A stretch of DNA of 64,000 nucleotides from Eledone cirrhosa. Taxonomy: Eukaryota. The notes beneath the pieces are model-generated. The model ran no database searches. It had not been told where the DNA came from and worked only from the letters and a program-made list of their open reading frames with translations. Position numbers and translations under genes: made by a program. The DNA is taken from contig OZ024755.1 of the NCBI GenBank assembly GCA_964016885.1, positions 9,858,001 to 9,922,000 of the forward strand, read 5' to 3'. Shown piece after piece: positions 13,243-26,613 of the stretch (position 1 is its first letter; each line of letters begins with the position of its first letter).

Positions 13243-14398
13243 ATTATAATTTTATGCTAAAACCTTAGCTGTGTTCCAAACATCGACTTAATAAGAAATT
13301 TAGTTATATTACATAATCCTTCCAAATTCTTGATTTGTTTCAAAGTGATTTGAAAATCATTGGCAGTGTCATATTATAAATATCATAATGACAGGGTTGT
13401 CTGCACTGTTCCCCAGTAGGTACAAGACACAACTGAAACGTGCAAGCCCTTTTGTTTGTCACACTACTGATATTGCAAACCTACTCCTGTTACACATGCA
13501 ACAAGACCATTTCTTCTGTTAAAGCAGAGGGACCCATCATGGGGTCTTTTTAAAGGCAATGTTTTATGGCCAGATGCCCTTCCTGGCGCCAAACATTCTA
13601 GTTGCCTTGTATAACATGCAGGGATACAGTGGACCTATTCTAAAATTCTTGTGGTATTTAGTTGTGAGTTCAAATCCTACCACAGTTGACTTAGCTTTTC
13701 ATTCTTCCGGGGTTGTTACAATAAGTACCAGTCATGTACTGGTGTCAATCTAATCAACTATATGACATGTCATGTGCTATGTTAGCAATCAATATTCATA
13801 ACTGACAGTAATAATAGCAGCAATGTGTATTTCTGTCACAGTTAGTCTGATAGCTATTTATATATAAGATTCAAACGACCAGTAATTATTTTGTTTAATA
13901 AGCATGTTAATTACACAGAGATACACACACATGAAAGGTCATGTTTTCATTCATCAGGTTAATAAAAGAAAGCCAAGCCAACCAACGCGAGATTAATTGA
14001 TACTAGAGAAGCTATTCCCGACATATTATGACCTCACAAAACAAAGAGTTCATATAGAGAACGATAAGAACTGACTTATCACCACTGAAGATCAATTGAT
14101 TTATGCTTCAAGAGAAAACTGCTTTATTTTAGTGAACTAAGTAGAGTATCGAGTGAAGACATGACGCCTAGTGGTTAGGGTGTTGGATACACGATCGTAA
14201 TGTCGTGGGTTCGATTCCACGACCAAGTTGCACGTCGTGTTCTTGAACAAAATCCTTCATTTCCACATTGCTCTGTTCTCCGGATTTATTGAATATATGA
14301 GGGTTGGTTAGGTTAACGTTGGGTTTCGTTAGGGTTAAAGTCCCCTTGTTGACTCGTTTGTGTGCGTGTGTATGTATGTATATATATCTGTGTGTGTG

Positions 14399-14454
<56 letters not shown>

Positions 14455-14554
14455 CGAGGCATGCAAAATGAATCCGGTGGTGATATTTGAACGAGATATT
14501 TTCATTTCCTTCAAACGAGATATATTGTCAATGATGCTATATATATATGTTATG

Positions 14555-14588
<34 letters not shown>

Positions 14589-16044
14589 CATAACATAACA
14601 TAAGTTTTCTAAGCTTTATAGGTGATTTTAAGCTATTTATATGTACAAATCAATAAATGGCAGCTGTTCAGCTGTATGGCTTATTGAAAGATAACGGAGA
14701 TCAAGTCAACATTTTTACACGCCAAAATGTTGCATCGTTAAAGGTAGGTCGGGGCTCAACATACACAATAAATCATAGAAGACCCATATATTAAAAAGAA
14801 AGAAAAAAAATCGGTATAATCCGAGAATGGTTTTATAACGATGATAATAATAGCTGTAACTAGAAACGTTGAAGACCTACTAAATAGAGTGAAGAGTTAA
14901 AATGATCATATTTCTTTCTAATTCCAGCTATGATTTGATCAGTTGGTTGTTTCGGGATATTATGCAAGTAGACAACCATGCTAGTGTTTCAAACAAAAGG
15001 ATTCGTAGATGAAATGACGGGGATAAGGGTAATCGTTAGTTTTAAGATCAGACACAACCCCTGGTAATTTTCGGCAGAGTAAAAAAAGACATTTAAGCAT
15101 TTTATATATATATATATAAATGATGATGATGCTATATATATGACGGCGTAGCTATAGCTTAGTATACCTGGCTTTGTTTCCTAATAACTTTCTTGATAAA
15201 AGCATATTTTACAGAGGTACATTTTCGAATTATGTGTTCATATGGCCACCAGACATGAACAATAACCTCGAGGGACCCTTGATCAGCTTCATACTTATCA
15301 TGGGTCCTTCTTTAAGGCAACATTTTCTGGCCAATTGCCCTTGCTGGTGCCAAACCGTCTCGTTGCCTCGTACACCAAGCAGGCGAAACTTCACAGTAAC
15401 ACATACAAGCAAGGCAAAAAACGAGGAGAAATATAGCGATCTATAAATATTGAAATGTAAATTCTAAGTGTAAATCGAAGTCGGTGGTGAGAACAGTCGG
15501 AATTGCCACTCAAATTCTATGAATCATTTCTGAACTGTCAAAGAGCGGAAGTTTGTGTTCAGGTAGCAAATAGCTTTACTGCTAAGCAAGAGGTAAACAA
15601 CATCACAATTAATGGTGTATATCTACGCACGTGTGTATACACACACACATACACACCACACCCACACATTTATTTATATATATATACACACACACAAAGT
15701 TCTTTATCATCTCTAGTTTTCCCAAACAATAAAATGTGACTTTACATACACACACACACGCATATACCCATCACACCCAGGTGGATTGCGATATATATAT
15801 TTGTCCTTATTTGTTCTCCAGTTTTCCCAAAATAAAGATTGAAACAAAGAAATTATATAATAATAACAATGAAAATTATTGTGTACAGTACTCGGTTTCT
15901 CTCATGATCGCCACAATTAGTTTTAAGTTGTAAAATCCACATGAAAAAATATACTATCAATTCTTAGATCGTTTGCATAAAAATATATTAATTCATTTGA
16001 AGACATTCGCATATAGAAAATATATTAATAACTAGTTTACTTAC

Positions 16045-16366
16045 CAAGAGAAGCTATAATTACAAGAAGCAAAGTGATAAGTCCACCGTAGAACCAAAAT
16101 ATTAAGAATATAATGAACAAAGCTGTGGTACAAATACTCCAGAATTTAACAACCAGTTTGAAGAGAAACAAGAATATAAGTTTGAGATGGCCGAAACGAC
16201 CCGCTCGCACTCCTAAATTATTAGTCCGGGATGTTAACCCAGGGGTAGAACTGCCGCCATCCGAGCACGTACCACCACCAAGATTGTCCAAATTTGGATT
16301 GCATCCCGATGTACTTGAAGACGATGAAGAAGGCTTTATTTCTCTTATTTTTAGTTTTACACTCAT
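16045..16366 (-). CDS. ABHD13: ABHD13-like alpha/beta hydrolase, exon 1 (Ser/Gly-rich extension plus transmembrane anchor)
   Basis: ATG at 16366; hydrophobic LFIIFLIFWFYGGLITLLLVIIASLG; G|gtaagt donor, phase 1 joins exon 2. Confidence 0.85.
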
Positions 16367-16443
16367 TTTCCCCTCACACTACTGTGAGGGTTACGTCCTG
16401 AACTGGACAGATAGAGGTGATATATAAATATTTTATATATATG

Positions 16444-16506
<63 letters not shown>

Positions 16507-16849
16507 GATAGAATTAGACAATAGGCGATAGGAACACGGGAATATTTTATGAAACTGTTTGTTTTCTCAAACAGGAAATGTGCTCAGAGGTATTCCACGG
16601 GATGTTGTCACACTGGCTACAGCCAGACAATTTTCGTTGACAATGTTTAATGAAGAATTATCCTCGAGTTGGTAAGAATTTCTATGTTGGTAAATATATT
16701 GTCCTGTGATGTAGTTTTTGAGGGGTCCCTTTTTATGATTGTGAAAGTAACGCTGGTATTGCCTGCATTGGAGGCGAACCTTCGACATTGTTTGATCAGA
16801 TAAGCAGCAGATGAGATTCAATATCCACAATATTCAATCCAAACTAAAT

Positions 16850-17200
16850 TCTGAAATAATTCTATCCAAAAACCAAAAAATAAGCCTCCTTCTTTTTTTT
16901 TTCCTTCGAGGTTTTCTCCGATAATTTATTTTCCTTTGTCAAAGTTTCTCGCCATAAATGTTAAATATGGTGAAATGTTTTGCTGTTGTTGTATATTTAA
17001 TACAACGCGGGATGTTGTTTATCCAGGAAGCGAACGAAGTATAGTTGAAATGCAAGTCATTTTCCGATACAGTCTGTACACTAAATGACATGAATCGTGG
17101 CAGCGTTTTAAAAACCATGCAATGTGAGTTACCTCCCGTTGACAGTAATTAAACAACTATGTTCACGCTAGGGGCGCTGACATTTGTTAGTCAGTGTGTG
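16850..17200 (-). promoter_or_regulatory. Putative ABHD13 promoter region
   Basis: CpG-retaining unique sequence upstream of the ATG with an ETS-type CAGGAAG. Confidence 0.4.
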
Positions 17201-17496
17201 TGTGTTATTATTTGCTTGTGTGGTGGCGTAGTGGTTAAAGTCTTCGGCTCGTGATCGTAAGATCGTGAGTTCGATTCAAGATGGCGCGTTGTGTCCTTGA
17301 GAAGGGCATTTTATTTTATTATTATAGGTTATTCAAATGGAAAAACTGAGTTATACATGTAATTCAAAAGGCCAGCCATGTCACACAGTGTCACGCTGAA
17401 TCTCCTGGATAACTATAATAAGGGTATACGTATCTAAGGTATATTCAGCCACTTTCATGTTGGTTTAATTTGTTCAAACAACTGGAACACCCGTTA

Positions 17497-17718
17497 TTGT
17501 AGAGCTAATCTAGGGCACTAAATACCCAGTTGCACATTGTAGATCTAACCTATGATGCTATATACCCAGGTGTACCTTGTAGATCTAACCTATGGTGCTA
17601 TATACCCAGGTGTACCTTGTAGAGCTAACCTATGGTGCTATATACCCAGGTGTACCTTGTAGATCTAACCTATGGTGCTATATACCCAGGTGTACCTTGT
17701 AGAGCTAACCTATGGTGA
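17497..17718. repeat. 40-bp minisatellite, about 5.5 copies
   Basis: Unit TATACCCAGGTGTACCTTGTAGA(T/G)CTAACCTATGGTGCTA. Confidence 0.93.
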
Positions 17719-18881
17719 TGATAATGGCACCACCACCACCATATGTTAGATGTAACCTATCCAGTACAACAGCTCCCTTTTCTCATCTCTTCTGTGAGGC
17801 GTAGTTTCTTGAGAGCAGCTTTCACCACCTCAGTGGGGAAATCTGATCTCTTGGTCTTCAATTTGGAATTCTTGATCTTGCTATCAGCTTTTAGATGTCT
17901 ATGCGGTTAAACTTCTGCCAGTTCCGACAGTGAGTGTTGCAGTTGTTTAAAACAATGAAACAGTCAGCTCATGAAGTTAACATGAGAACGGCTGAGTATT
18001 CTATAGACATGTGATCCTTTAACCCTTTAGCATTTAAACCGACCGTATCTAGCAAGAATTTTCTCACCTCTTTCTGTACAAACCGGCTGTAACTGGTCGC
18101 TTATACCAACGTTAAGGTATTGTTCTCAAAATAAATAATATCAAAATCTCATAGATTCCCAGTTGAATGAACTGGAGCAATGTAAAATAAAATGTTTTAC
18201 TGAAAGACACAAGGTGTTGATGGGAATTAAACTTGTGACCTCTTGATTGTGAGTCAAACACTCTGACCATTAAGCCAAGTACATTCAGCTATCTACATCA
18301 CTGTAGCATCTCAATCTTTGCTCTTACAACCAACAATTAGTAGCAGAGACTGAAAGGATTTGGACATGAAAAGAAAACCAAGAATTTTTACAACATAAAA
18401 GATGGGAAAGTAAAAATATTTCAAGTGATTATTTTTTTCCGTTGACTTGTTGTAACATGGCAACCATGGGAAGATAACTTTTCTTAGACTAGACTGGTTC
18501 AACTGAGAGAGAGAGGAGGGGGGGGGGAGAAAGACTGACAGAGGAGAGAAAGAGAGAGAGAGAGAAGGAGTGAGAGAGAAAGATAGAAATATTGATTTTA
18601 CTAGCAAATAATAAAGCAGACAGATATCAATACAAAATGTTTAGTTTTGTTTTTTTGTTGGTTTAGTTATAGAGGTGTTGAAGAATGTATTAAAGACGAA
18701 ATATATTCTATTGATATGGTTATTCTAAAAGAATATATAGGAAAGATAGAGCAAACTATACGGAACAGACTAGTAACTAAACTACAACTGTTTGCCAAAT
18801 TTAGATCAAAGAATTGACTGCTAATTTGGCAAATCTGAGATATGTCTTAATTGATTCATTGGAAAGACCAGCATTAAACAC

Positions 18882-19517
18882 TTAACTCTTGCCGCCCTGT
18901 TCCACATGAAACCACATTAACTCTTACCGCCCTGGTCCACATGAAACTACATTAACTCTTACCGCCCTGTTCCACATGAAACCACATTAACTCTTACCGC
19001 CCTGTTCCACATGAAACCACATTAACTCTTACCGCCCTGTTCCACATGAAACCACATTAACCCATAACGTCCTGTGCCACATGAAACCACAACGTCCTGT
19101 GCCACATGAAACCACATTAAACCATAACATCTTGTACCACATGAAACTACCTTTACTCTTACCGTCCTGTTCCACATGAAACCACATTAACCCTTAACGT
19201 CCTGTATCACATGCAACTACATGAAACCACATTAACCCTTAACGTCCTGTGCCACATGAAACGACATTAAACCTTAACATTTTGTACCACATGAAATCAC
19301 ATTAACTTTTAACGTCCTGTACCACATGAAACCACGTTAACTCTTAACGTCCTGTACCACATGAAACCACATTAACTCTTAATGTCCTGTACCACATGAA
19401 ACCACATTAACCTTTAACGTCCTGTACCACATGAAACCACATTGTTAAGACATTCTTGAAAAGTACAAAACAGCAATATGACTGCATCACATTAAATTTT
19501 AACGTCCTGTATCACGT
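18882..19517. repeat. 35-bp minisatellite, about 16-17 copies
   Basis: Unit TTAACTCTTACCGCCCTGTTCCACATGAAACCACA and variants. Confidence 0.95.
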
Positions 19518-19947
19518 GGGGCAAAGTTATGTGGATGGATCAGGTTTTGTTTTAAGCTGGTAGACAATTCTTTATCAGCACAGCATGCTTACATGGGTTA
19601 GATGAGTTCTTTCCAGTACAACTATCCTCTCCCCTCACTTTCCCCCTCTCTCAACTTATTCCTCGGCAGGATTAGAACTCTATGCTGCAAAGCATGGTAT
19701 CTGACACGCTATCAATACTGCCAATCGATACCGTCCTTTTATGAAAGGTTCTAATAATAATAAATTTTGTTTTCAAAAATATGCTATGTTTATCATAGGG
19801 TGTATCACGTGTGTTACTTTATGAAGTGAGAAATGTGGCGATCTATACTTTCACTTTCTGAACTAATAAATGTGTTTTGGTTTAGCGGTTATATTTAAGG
19901 TATAAACACAATTTATATATTTTTAAAAGTGGGAGAAGGCATGCACA

Positions 19948-20112
19948 CATTGCCGGATTAAGGACAAATGAGGACTGTGCTAGTTAAGTTATGAGGCCCC
20001 TTACTTGGGCCCTGAAGAGGGTAAAAAAAATGTTTGGCAGGAAGCGGACTTCCCCTGGCCAATGGGGCCCTGAGCTTAAGCACACCTAAGCACAATGGTA
20101 AATCCAGCACTG
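19948..20112. mobile_element. hAT-type MITE
   Basis: Ends CA(T/G)TGCCGGATT...AATCCAGCACTG with a perfect 8-bp TSD CATGCACA; second copy at 62009-62172. Confidence 0.85.
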
Positions 20113-20489
20113 CATGCACACTTAATTACACACCACAACTAAGGTGCTAGAGTTTCCCTCTAATTATTTTTTAGGCAAGCTATCACACACGCAGCATTGC
20201 CGCGGGTGATATCGAAGTTAAGACGCTGGAATAACCAATCACCCTCACCAGGGGCATTAGTTGATACGTTGGTAAGGCGAGCCGCCAACAATGACAAGAA
20301 CCTTGTTGTCAGCGACCCAACCCTATCAAATATTTAGAACACCGCAGTCTGAACAATTTTAAAGAAAAAGAAAACTCCTTCGTTTATTGTTAAAAATTTT
20401 CATCGCCTTAATTTATTGAAGGAATGTTTAAAAATCGAAACGAAGGTTTACAATTTAAAATCAACCGAAAACAAAAACCAATAATAAAA

Positions 20490-20632
20490 CATTCCCATTC
20501 GAGATGTTTGGGGGTGCTGGGCCTTAATGAAGTGTTACGTGATGCTCGTGAGGGTGCCTGGCTATTCCAGCGTCGTAGCATCGCTATCACCCGCGGAAAT
20601 GCCATGTCTTGGCTCACCTCAAAAAAATTTAG
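20490..20632 (+). mobile_element. CRE-clade (restriction-like endonuclease) non-LTR retroelement 3' remnant
   Basis: GVLG...RDAREGAWLFQRRSIAITRGNAMS resembles the RLE C-terminal QRLSIAIxRGNA motif; homologous copies at 20160-20345 (-), 45590-45780 (+) and 37580-37790 (-). Confidence 0.65.
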
Positions 20633-21249
20633 ATGGAAAACCAAACGTTCCCAGCAGTAGTATGTAACTGAGTGTGTCTGTTTTCTCATGTTTTTTTTTT
20701 CCTTCTCTGATTCATTTCTATTGATTTGTTTCTTTTGTAAATTATATTCCTTACATAAATTGTGTTTAAATATAAATAAAAAATGTTTCATAATAATATA
20801 GCATGTTGTCGAAATATATTTTTTTTATGGGATACAGTGTCACATCACTACGTTATTGTACGTTTTTATTTATATTTAGATCACCGCTGATTAGAATCAT
20901 TAACAGATAGTGTTATATTTGGGGGAGGGTGTGTTGTCAGGTTTCAATACCCGATTTCATATTAAAAAAACTTGCAAAACAAACACAAGTTCAAAACAGC
21001 TTTTTGATATGTAAAAAAATACTAATTACATCGGACTGGTATTTACTGGATATGCTTTTCATCCATAAAAGGTAAAAAATTATTTAAAAACAGTAAAATT
21101 GATAAATACAACCTCGTTATAAAACTTACATAATCGTATATATATATATATTTTCTCTTTTTACTACACATATCTTTACTTTGATCGAAGTGTTTCATAA
21201 GATAAAATAATGTAATTTTTCTATAGCTGTATAATAATGTTTTGTTTTA

Positions 21250-21495
21250 CGAGAAAAGCGTCCGAGCCTGTAGTTGTAATGAGGAAGAATTTCATGTAGA
21301 CTAGCGAAGATAATTGCGCACTTGTCAGTCCTCGGAATAAACAGAGATCCCCCCTCTAGAACTCTTCAACGTTTCATATACTTTTTCGTTTTGGGCTCGT
21401 TGTAAACTTCCTGTTTAGTTTGCAAGCACCCAAGCAACAAGGTGAATGGTTGAAAAATCATTCTTCATACTCTGTCGCTTCGCAACAATCTTTAA
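21250..21495 (+). promoter_or_regulatory. Putative promoter and non-coding first exon of the Kelch-like gene
   Basis: Locally CpG-retaining and repeat-free, ETS-type ACTTCCTG near 21406, canonical gtaagt donor at 21496; the acceptor at 26163 needs an upstream exon. Confidence 0.5.
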
Positions 21496-24400
21496 GTAAG
21501 TAATCAATGCTATATTCTGTTTTCGTTACTCTCTATGTGGAAGCTACTATATTATACATACATTGCCGTTACTATTAATTACATGATATTCCCGTTATGT
21601 CTGTCAGTTTTGCCCTCGGGATTCTACTTAAATATATCTCACTTGACAGATGCACATGGTTTTTATTTGTAAAACGTGTGTGAATGATGTTTTGATTTAG
21701 TGGTAGGGACCCTTATTGAAAAGATCTAGCCAATACTAATCTCGCTGCAGGAAATATACACTTAACTAGACCAGAGTCGCAACTAATGTATTTATGAATG
21801 AGATGTTAGGTGTATATTTCACGAGTAATGTACATTTGGGTGTTGTTACATGTAATTAAATATAAAATACTACACTGACCACATTTAGCAGACAGGTGTC
21901 ATTTAATAATATCACTCTGATTAAGCCACACTACTAAATAATTCAGCTGTCAATAACAGCGAAAATTTGATTTTAATGTCTAAATTGTTAAATAGTTGGT
22001 TAAAATACCACTGAAGTTAAGCAACTGCGGTGTTTTTGATCGAGTCTGTATGACATATGCCACTACTCCAGGCCTGTTGATTACATATTCATTCAGTTGT
22101 TTAATAATTACTTCAATATTATTTTCCCTACTTCGTTAAGATCACGAGTCCCTGGGGGAAAGTAAATGTGAAAGGGTACCTTATATTTTAAACAAGTACC
22201 TATATTCTTGGTTCACTATAGAAAATTGCGTTCATTCTATTTTCATCAGAGGCATTACTTAAGAATTACTGTTCTGTTATCTTAGACAAACCTAACTTTA
22301 AGATGGCTGCAGATTTGAAGGTTTATCTTTTCTTACCTTTTAAGTATTGTTAACTTTTTTTCTTACACATTGAATGTTTACTTTCGGTCTTCTCTTGCAA
22401 TGCATTTATTTACACACAAATGTTGTCAATAACCGACACTATTAATGGGGGCTCTGTACCATACATATAATGTGATTTAGAATTAAGGATGAAAATATGT
22501 ACCAATCATTGACAATATTATTTATTATGGGAAGAAATAGGTACTATTTAAATCCTATAAATTTAGCTTTCCTTTAATATGTTTTCGGTGATATGATCAA
22601 TCTAGAAAACAGACCCTATTATGTTTCATTACTGTATGTAGGCAAATTTCCTGAGATAAGACACTTCAATGTGTGCAGATATTACTCGATTCATAACTAC
22701 TTAAAATTATTTAATGGAACTATTTTTCCTAACAAAATATCCAAATAAAACCTGTGGATTATCATCATCATTGCAATAATGCCCGTATTGTGTGGTATGG
22801 GAGAACATTTCGAAGTTTTTTTTTATTAGTTATATCGGTTTATTTTAAAGAAAACAAACCACAACTTATGGTCCACCACTAAATCAATTCTTAATCCTAT
22901 CGCCGCGATTGTTGAACAGGTGAATTGTTTATTTTTATGTCTTACTCTCTCTTTCTCCCTCTCTGTAAATTATATTTTGCTTATCCGAAGTATTTCTCAT
23001 CTTGTTTTTTTAATAATATACCGATAAAAATAATTTCTTCCATTCACATTCACCGTGAGGAATTTAGCAGTATCTGGGATATAACTAACCCATCTATCGT
23101 TTCTCAATATTTTACATTTATTCGTACAGCTTTCTCTCTTTCTCACACACACTCTCTCTCTCTTTCTCTCCCTCTCTCTCTTCTGGACTTCATTTATTTT
23201 ACAAGTAATCTGATCGAAGGTAGTTTTATTGAAATTAAAACAATTGCACAAAATCCCCCCACCCCACATCTGCTTTCCATATTGGAATGGGTTAGACAGG
23301 TCACGGCCGAGGCATAGACAGGCCAGAGAGACCACGTTACATATCTTAGCATGGCTTCTACGGCCGGGTGCCATTCTTAACGCCAACCACTTTACAGTGT
23401 ACAGTCTTGCTGAACCCATAACAGCATCTCTAGTGATGGTGCTACGATAAAATACACCTTGTACACTAAGTAATGTGGTTGGCGCAAATATGGAATATAT
23501 GAATAAGACTTGGTTCTTCAACGAGTTCAGACTGGGATTGTGAAGACCTGACCAGCTAATGTTAACATGGAAAACATGTAAATTAACGATACCACTTTAC
23601 TGACTAGAGAGCAACTCACCCTTATCTATTGTTAATATTATAGTTTCTACTCCACATTGGAATTCACTTCCATCATCTTTCTAGACATTTATCTCTCTGT
23701 CGACACCATCGTCATCATTATCATCATAATACGTCTGTTCTCCATGCTGGCATGGATCGGACAGGTTGTCATGTTCTAGACAGGTCAGATGACCACGTCT
23801 TGTTCATACATTTCATTTTGGCATGGTTTCTAAAGCTGGATGCCCCCTCTTAATACGAACCACTTTGCAGCATGGACTGTGTATATTTTATTGTGGCACC
23901 AGCCTAAACAAATAGACTATCACTCCTATTTTAAGATTTCTTCCCCCCACCTCACCAAATGTTATTCCTTCCTCACATGCCCTTCACACACAAATATGTT
24001 GTCCTCTCTCACGTTGCCCCTTTCCTCACATGTCACCATTTCCGACCAAATCTGTCTATTCCTCAGCCCCACCCACATCAATCACATCTATTGTCCCTTC
24101 TCATAATCACTCACACTTCGATGCTCCTGCAGCAAGGACTTCACTTCCAACATCTTTCCCATGGACATCTCTGACACATCATGGCCACTATGACTGGCCA
24201 AGATGAAGCTATCAACTGGACTACAACATTCCAGTCATTAACCCTTGCTTTAACACAGAAAATTGCCTTAAAACAGTTGTGTTGTAGTATGGCTCAACTA
24301 CATCTGTAAACACTAGGAAAAAACAATCTTCTTTCTCCTACTTCCTCACTGTGATAGAGGATAAGAACTAAAGCCATTAACTTTTTCACTTCTCACAGTA

Positions 24401-26213
24401 GTTGAACTTACCAATGTTTTTATTGTGGTGGACTGTCCTATAAAATACAGTTTTATTATAGTTTTGAAAGGTTATGTGTGTGTGCACATATGTTTATATA
24501 TATATACAATTAAGTACTAAGACTTTGATACTTTTCTTATATATTGACCTTTTGACCCATAATGTACTTCATTGTGTATATGTGGATGTGTGTCACTGAC
24601 ATAGGGCCACTGTAACTGACTTGAGATTTCAAGTCAGTAAAAGTCTGCCTCAAAAAGTCCAATACAACCCATGGAAAAACAATAAAAACGATGACAATAT
24701 ATCATCGTCATCATTTTACATATTTTACCTGTTGGCATGGCTTGGAGAGGTCATCATGGTTCAACACTTCATGGTCAGTGAACCACATCTTGGTCATATA
24801 TTTTGGGTTCGTTTTTGCAGTTGAATGCTTGTTCTTATTAATGCCAACCACTTTACAGAGGGTACTGGGTCCATTTTATTGTACAGCACAACCTCTTCAC
24901 AAAGTGTAATGAGTGCATCTTATTGTGGCACTAACATTACCACATTACAGAATGTACTGAGTGCACTCAGATGTGAGTTACAAGTCAGTATAGCCAGCCA
25001 TCTCTACATCTCTCTTAACCTTTGAAAATCATGAAATTGTGAAACCAGTAATTATTGTAAATAAACCTTATTGCATTTTCAACTTCTTTTTCCTATGTCT
25101 TATTATAAAGTGTAGAAATGTAGGCGAGATACAGCCTCCTGGGCCACCAGAGAGGTGGAGCGAATTAAATACTAACTTGGTCTGTGATGACCTGTCCAAC
25201 CCTTACTGGCAGAGTTAATGATGATATATGTGAGAAGATATCTAAACACATAGGAATAAACATAGATAACACTATGTGTATGCCTATTAGTTCTCTTTCA
25301 TTACACCTTACTCTACCACTATTCTTTCTCCTGTGTTTATACATGTGTTATTTAACATGCCAGTATTTTTATCATTATAATTTATCTGTGAAAATCTTCT
25401 GTTATCATCTTTTGTTAGAATATTATAAACCTGTTTGACAGAATTTAAGATTAACAATGTTCACCCAAGGTAAAATAGTCAGTCCCAGACATACTCTCTT
25501 TCATATTGTTTTGTTTTTTAGGTCATTCTTTATTCTTTTACTTGTTTCAGTCATAAGACTACGGTCATGCTGGAGCACTACCTTGATTTTAGTCAATCTT
25601 ATTGACCCCCAGTATTTATTTTATTGACCTTTTTTTGGCAGATCTGCTAAGTTACAGGTCATAGACATGGACACGGACACACATACCTATACACGAAGGG
25701 CTTCAGCAGCTCCTGTCTATCAAATTCCACTCACAAGGCATTGTTCAACTCAATGCTATAATAGCAAGCACTTGCTCAAAGTGTCACACAGTGAGACAAA
25801 ACCTTGAAACATGGGTTTACAAAGTGAACTCTTTAACCACACAGCCATGCATGTCTGCTTTCTATGTTGGCATGGGCTGGATGGTTTGTCACAGGTCAGA
25901 GAAATCTCATCTTTTCATATATTCTATATTTTGCCATGCTTTCTATTGCTGGATGCTCTTCCTAATCGCAACCATCATGCAGAGTGTACTGGGTGCATTT
26001 TTATGTGGCATTAGCACATCTAATGCCAACCATATTTACAGTGTGAGCTAGGTACTTTTAGTTTGTGACACCTACACGACCACTTTACAGTGTGGGCTGG
26101 GTGCTTTTTGTGATACCAACATATATATATAATATATATATTTCTATCTATTTTTATTTTCAGGAATACTGCTGTATTTGTTTGAGCTGAAGCCTCCAGA
26201 CCATTTGCCTGGC

Positions 26214-26613
26214 ATGATTGAGTCTCGCACCTTCAATGTGGAAAGTCATAGTAAAGTTGCCTTTCATGTGATGTACGATTTATGGCGACAGCAGCAGCTC
26301 TGTGATGTCATCATTTCCATAGAGGGTCACCAGTTTCATGCACACAAGATTGTTCTGGCAGGATGTAGCCCATATTTGCGTGCCATGTTTACAAATGGCA
26401 TGTTAGAATCTGAGAAGAACTGGATAGAAATCCATGGCACTGACCAAAACACCATGGCTTATTTATTGGAGTTCATGTACCGTGGTTCAATTGAAATAAC
26501 AGTTGACAATGTTCAGAGTTTGCTGCAAGGATCCAGTCTTCTCGGTCTGCATTCATTGCGAAATCTGTGTGCTCATTTCTTACAATCACAACTGACAGCA
26601 TCTAACTGCTTGG
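26214..26613 (+). CDS. Kelch-like protein (BTB-BACK-Kelch), first coding exon, BTB domain
   Basis: Acceptor ends at 26163, ATG at 26214; QLCDV...FHAHKIVLAGCSPYLRAMFTNGMLES BTB motif; G|gtaata donor. Confidence 0.92.

Noticed and set aside
14157-14275. tRNA genes (also 17220, 52325, 57750)
   Set aside because: A and B boxes are present but the cloverleaf is degenerate and runs directly into SINE core sequence; these are SINE heads.
14300-14340. Telomere-like TTAGGG
   Set aside because: Only one true hexamer in a degenerate GT-rich patch.
16371-16390. Iron-responsive element
   Set aside because: The loop reads CAGUAG, not CAGUGN, and there is no bulged C; kept only as a generic hairpin.
17166-17179. 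CTCF-like CGCTAGGGGCGCTG
   Set aside because: One base short of the core consensus spacing.
26214-26613. Calling the Kelch gene KEAP1, KLHL20 or IPP
   Set aside because: Similarity is only at family level and diagnostic residues do not match; gene symbol left blank.
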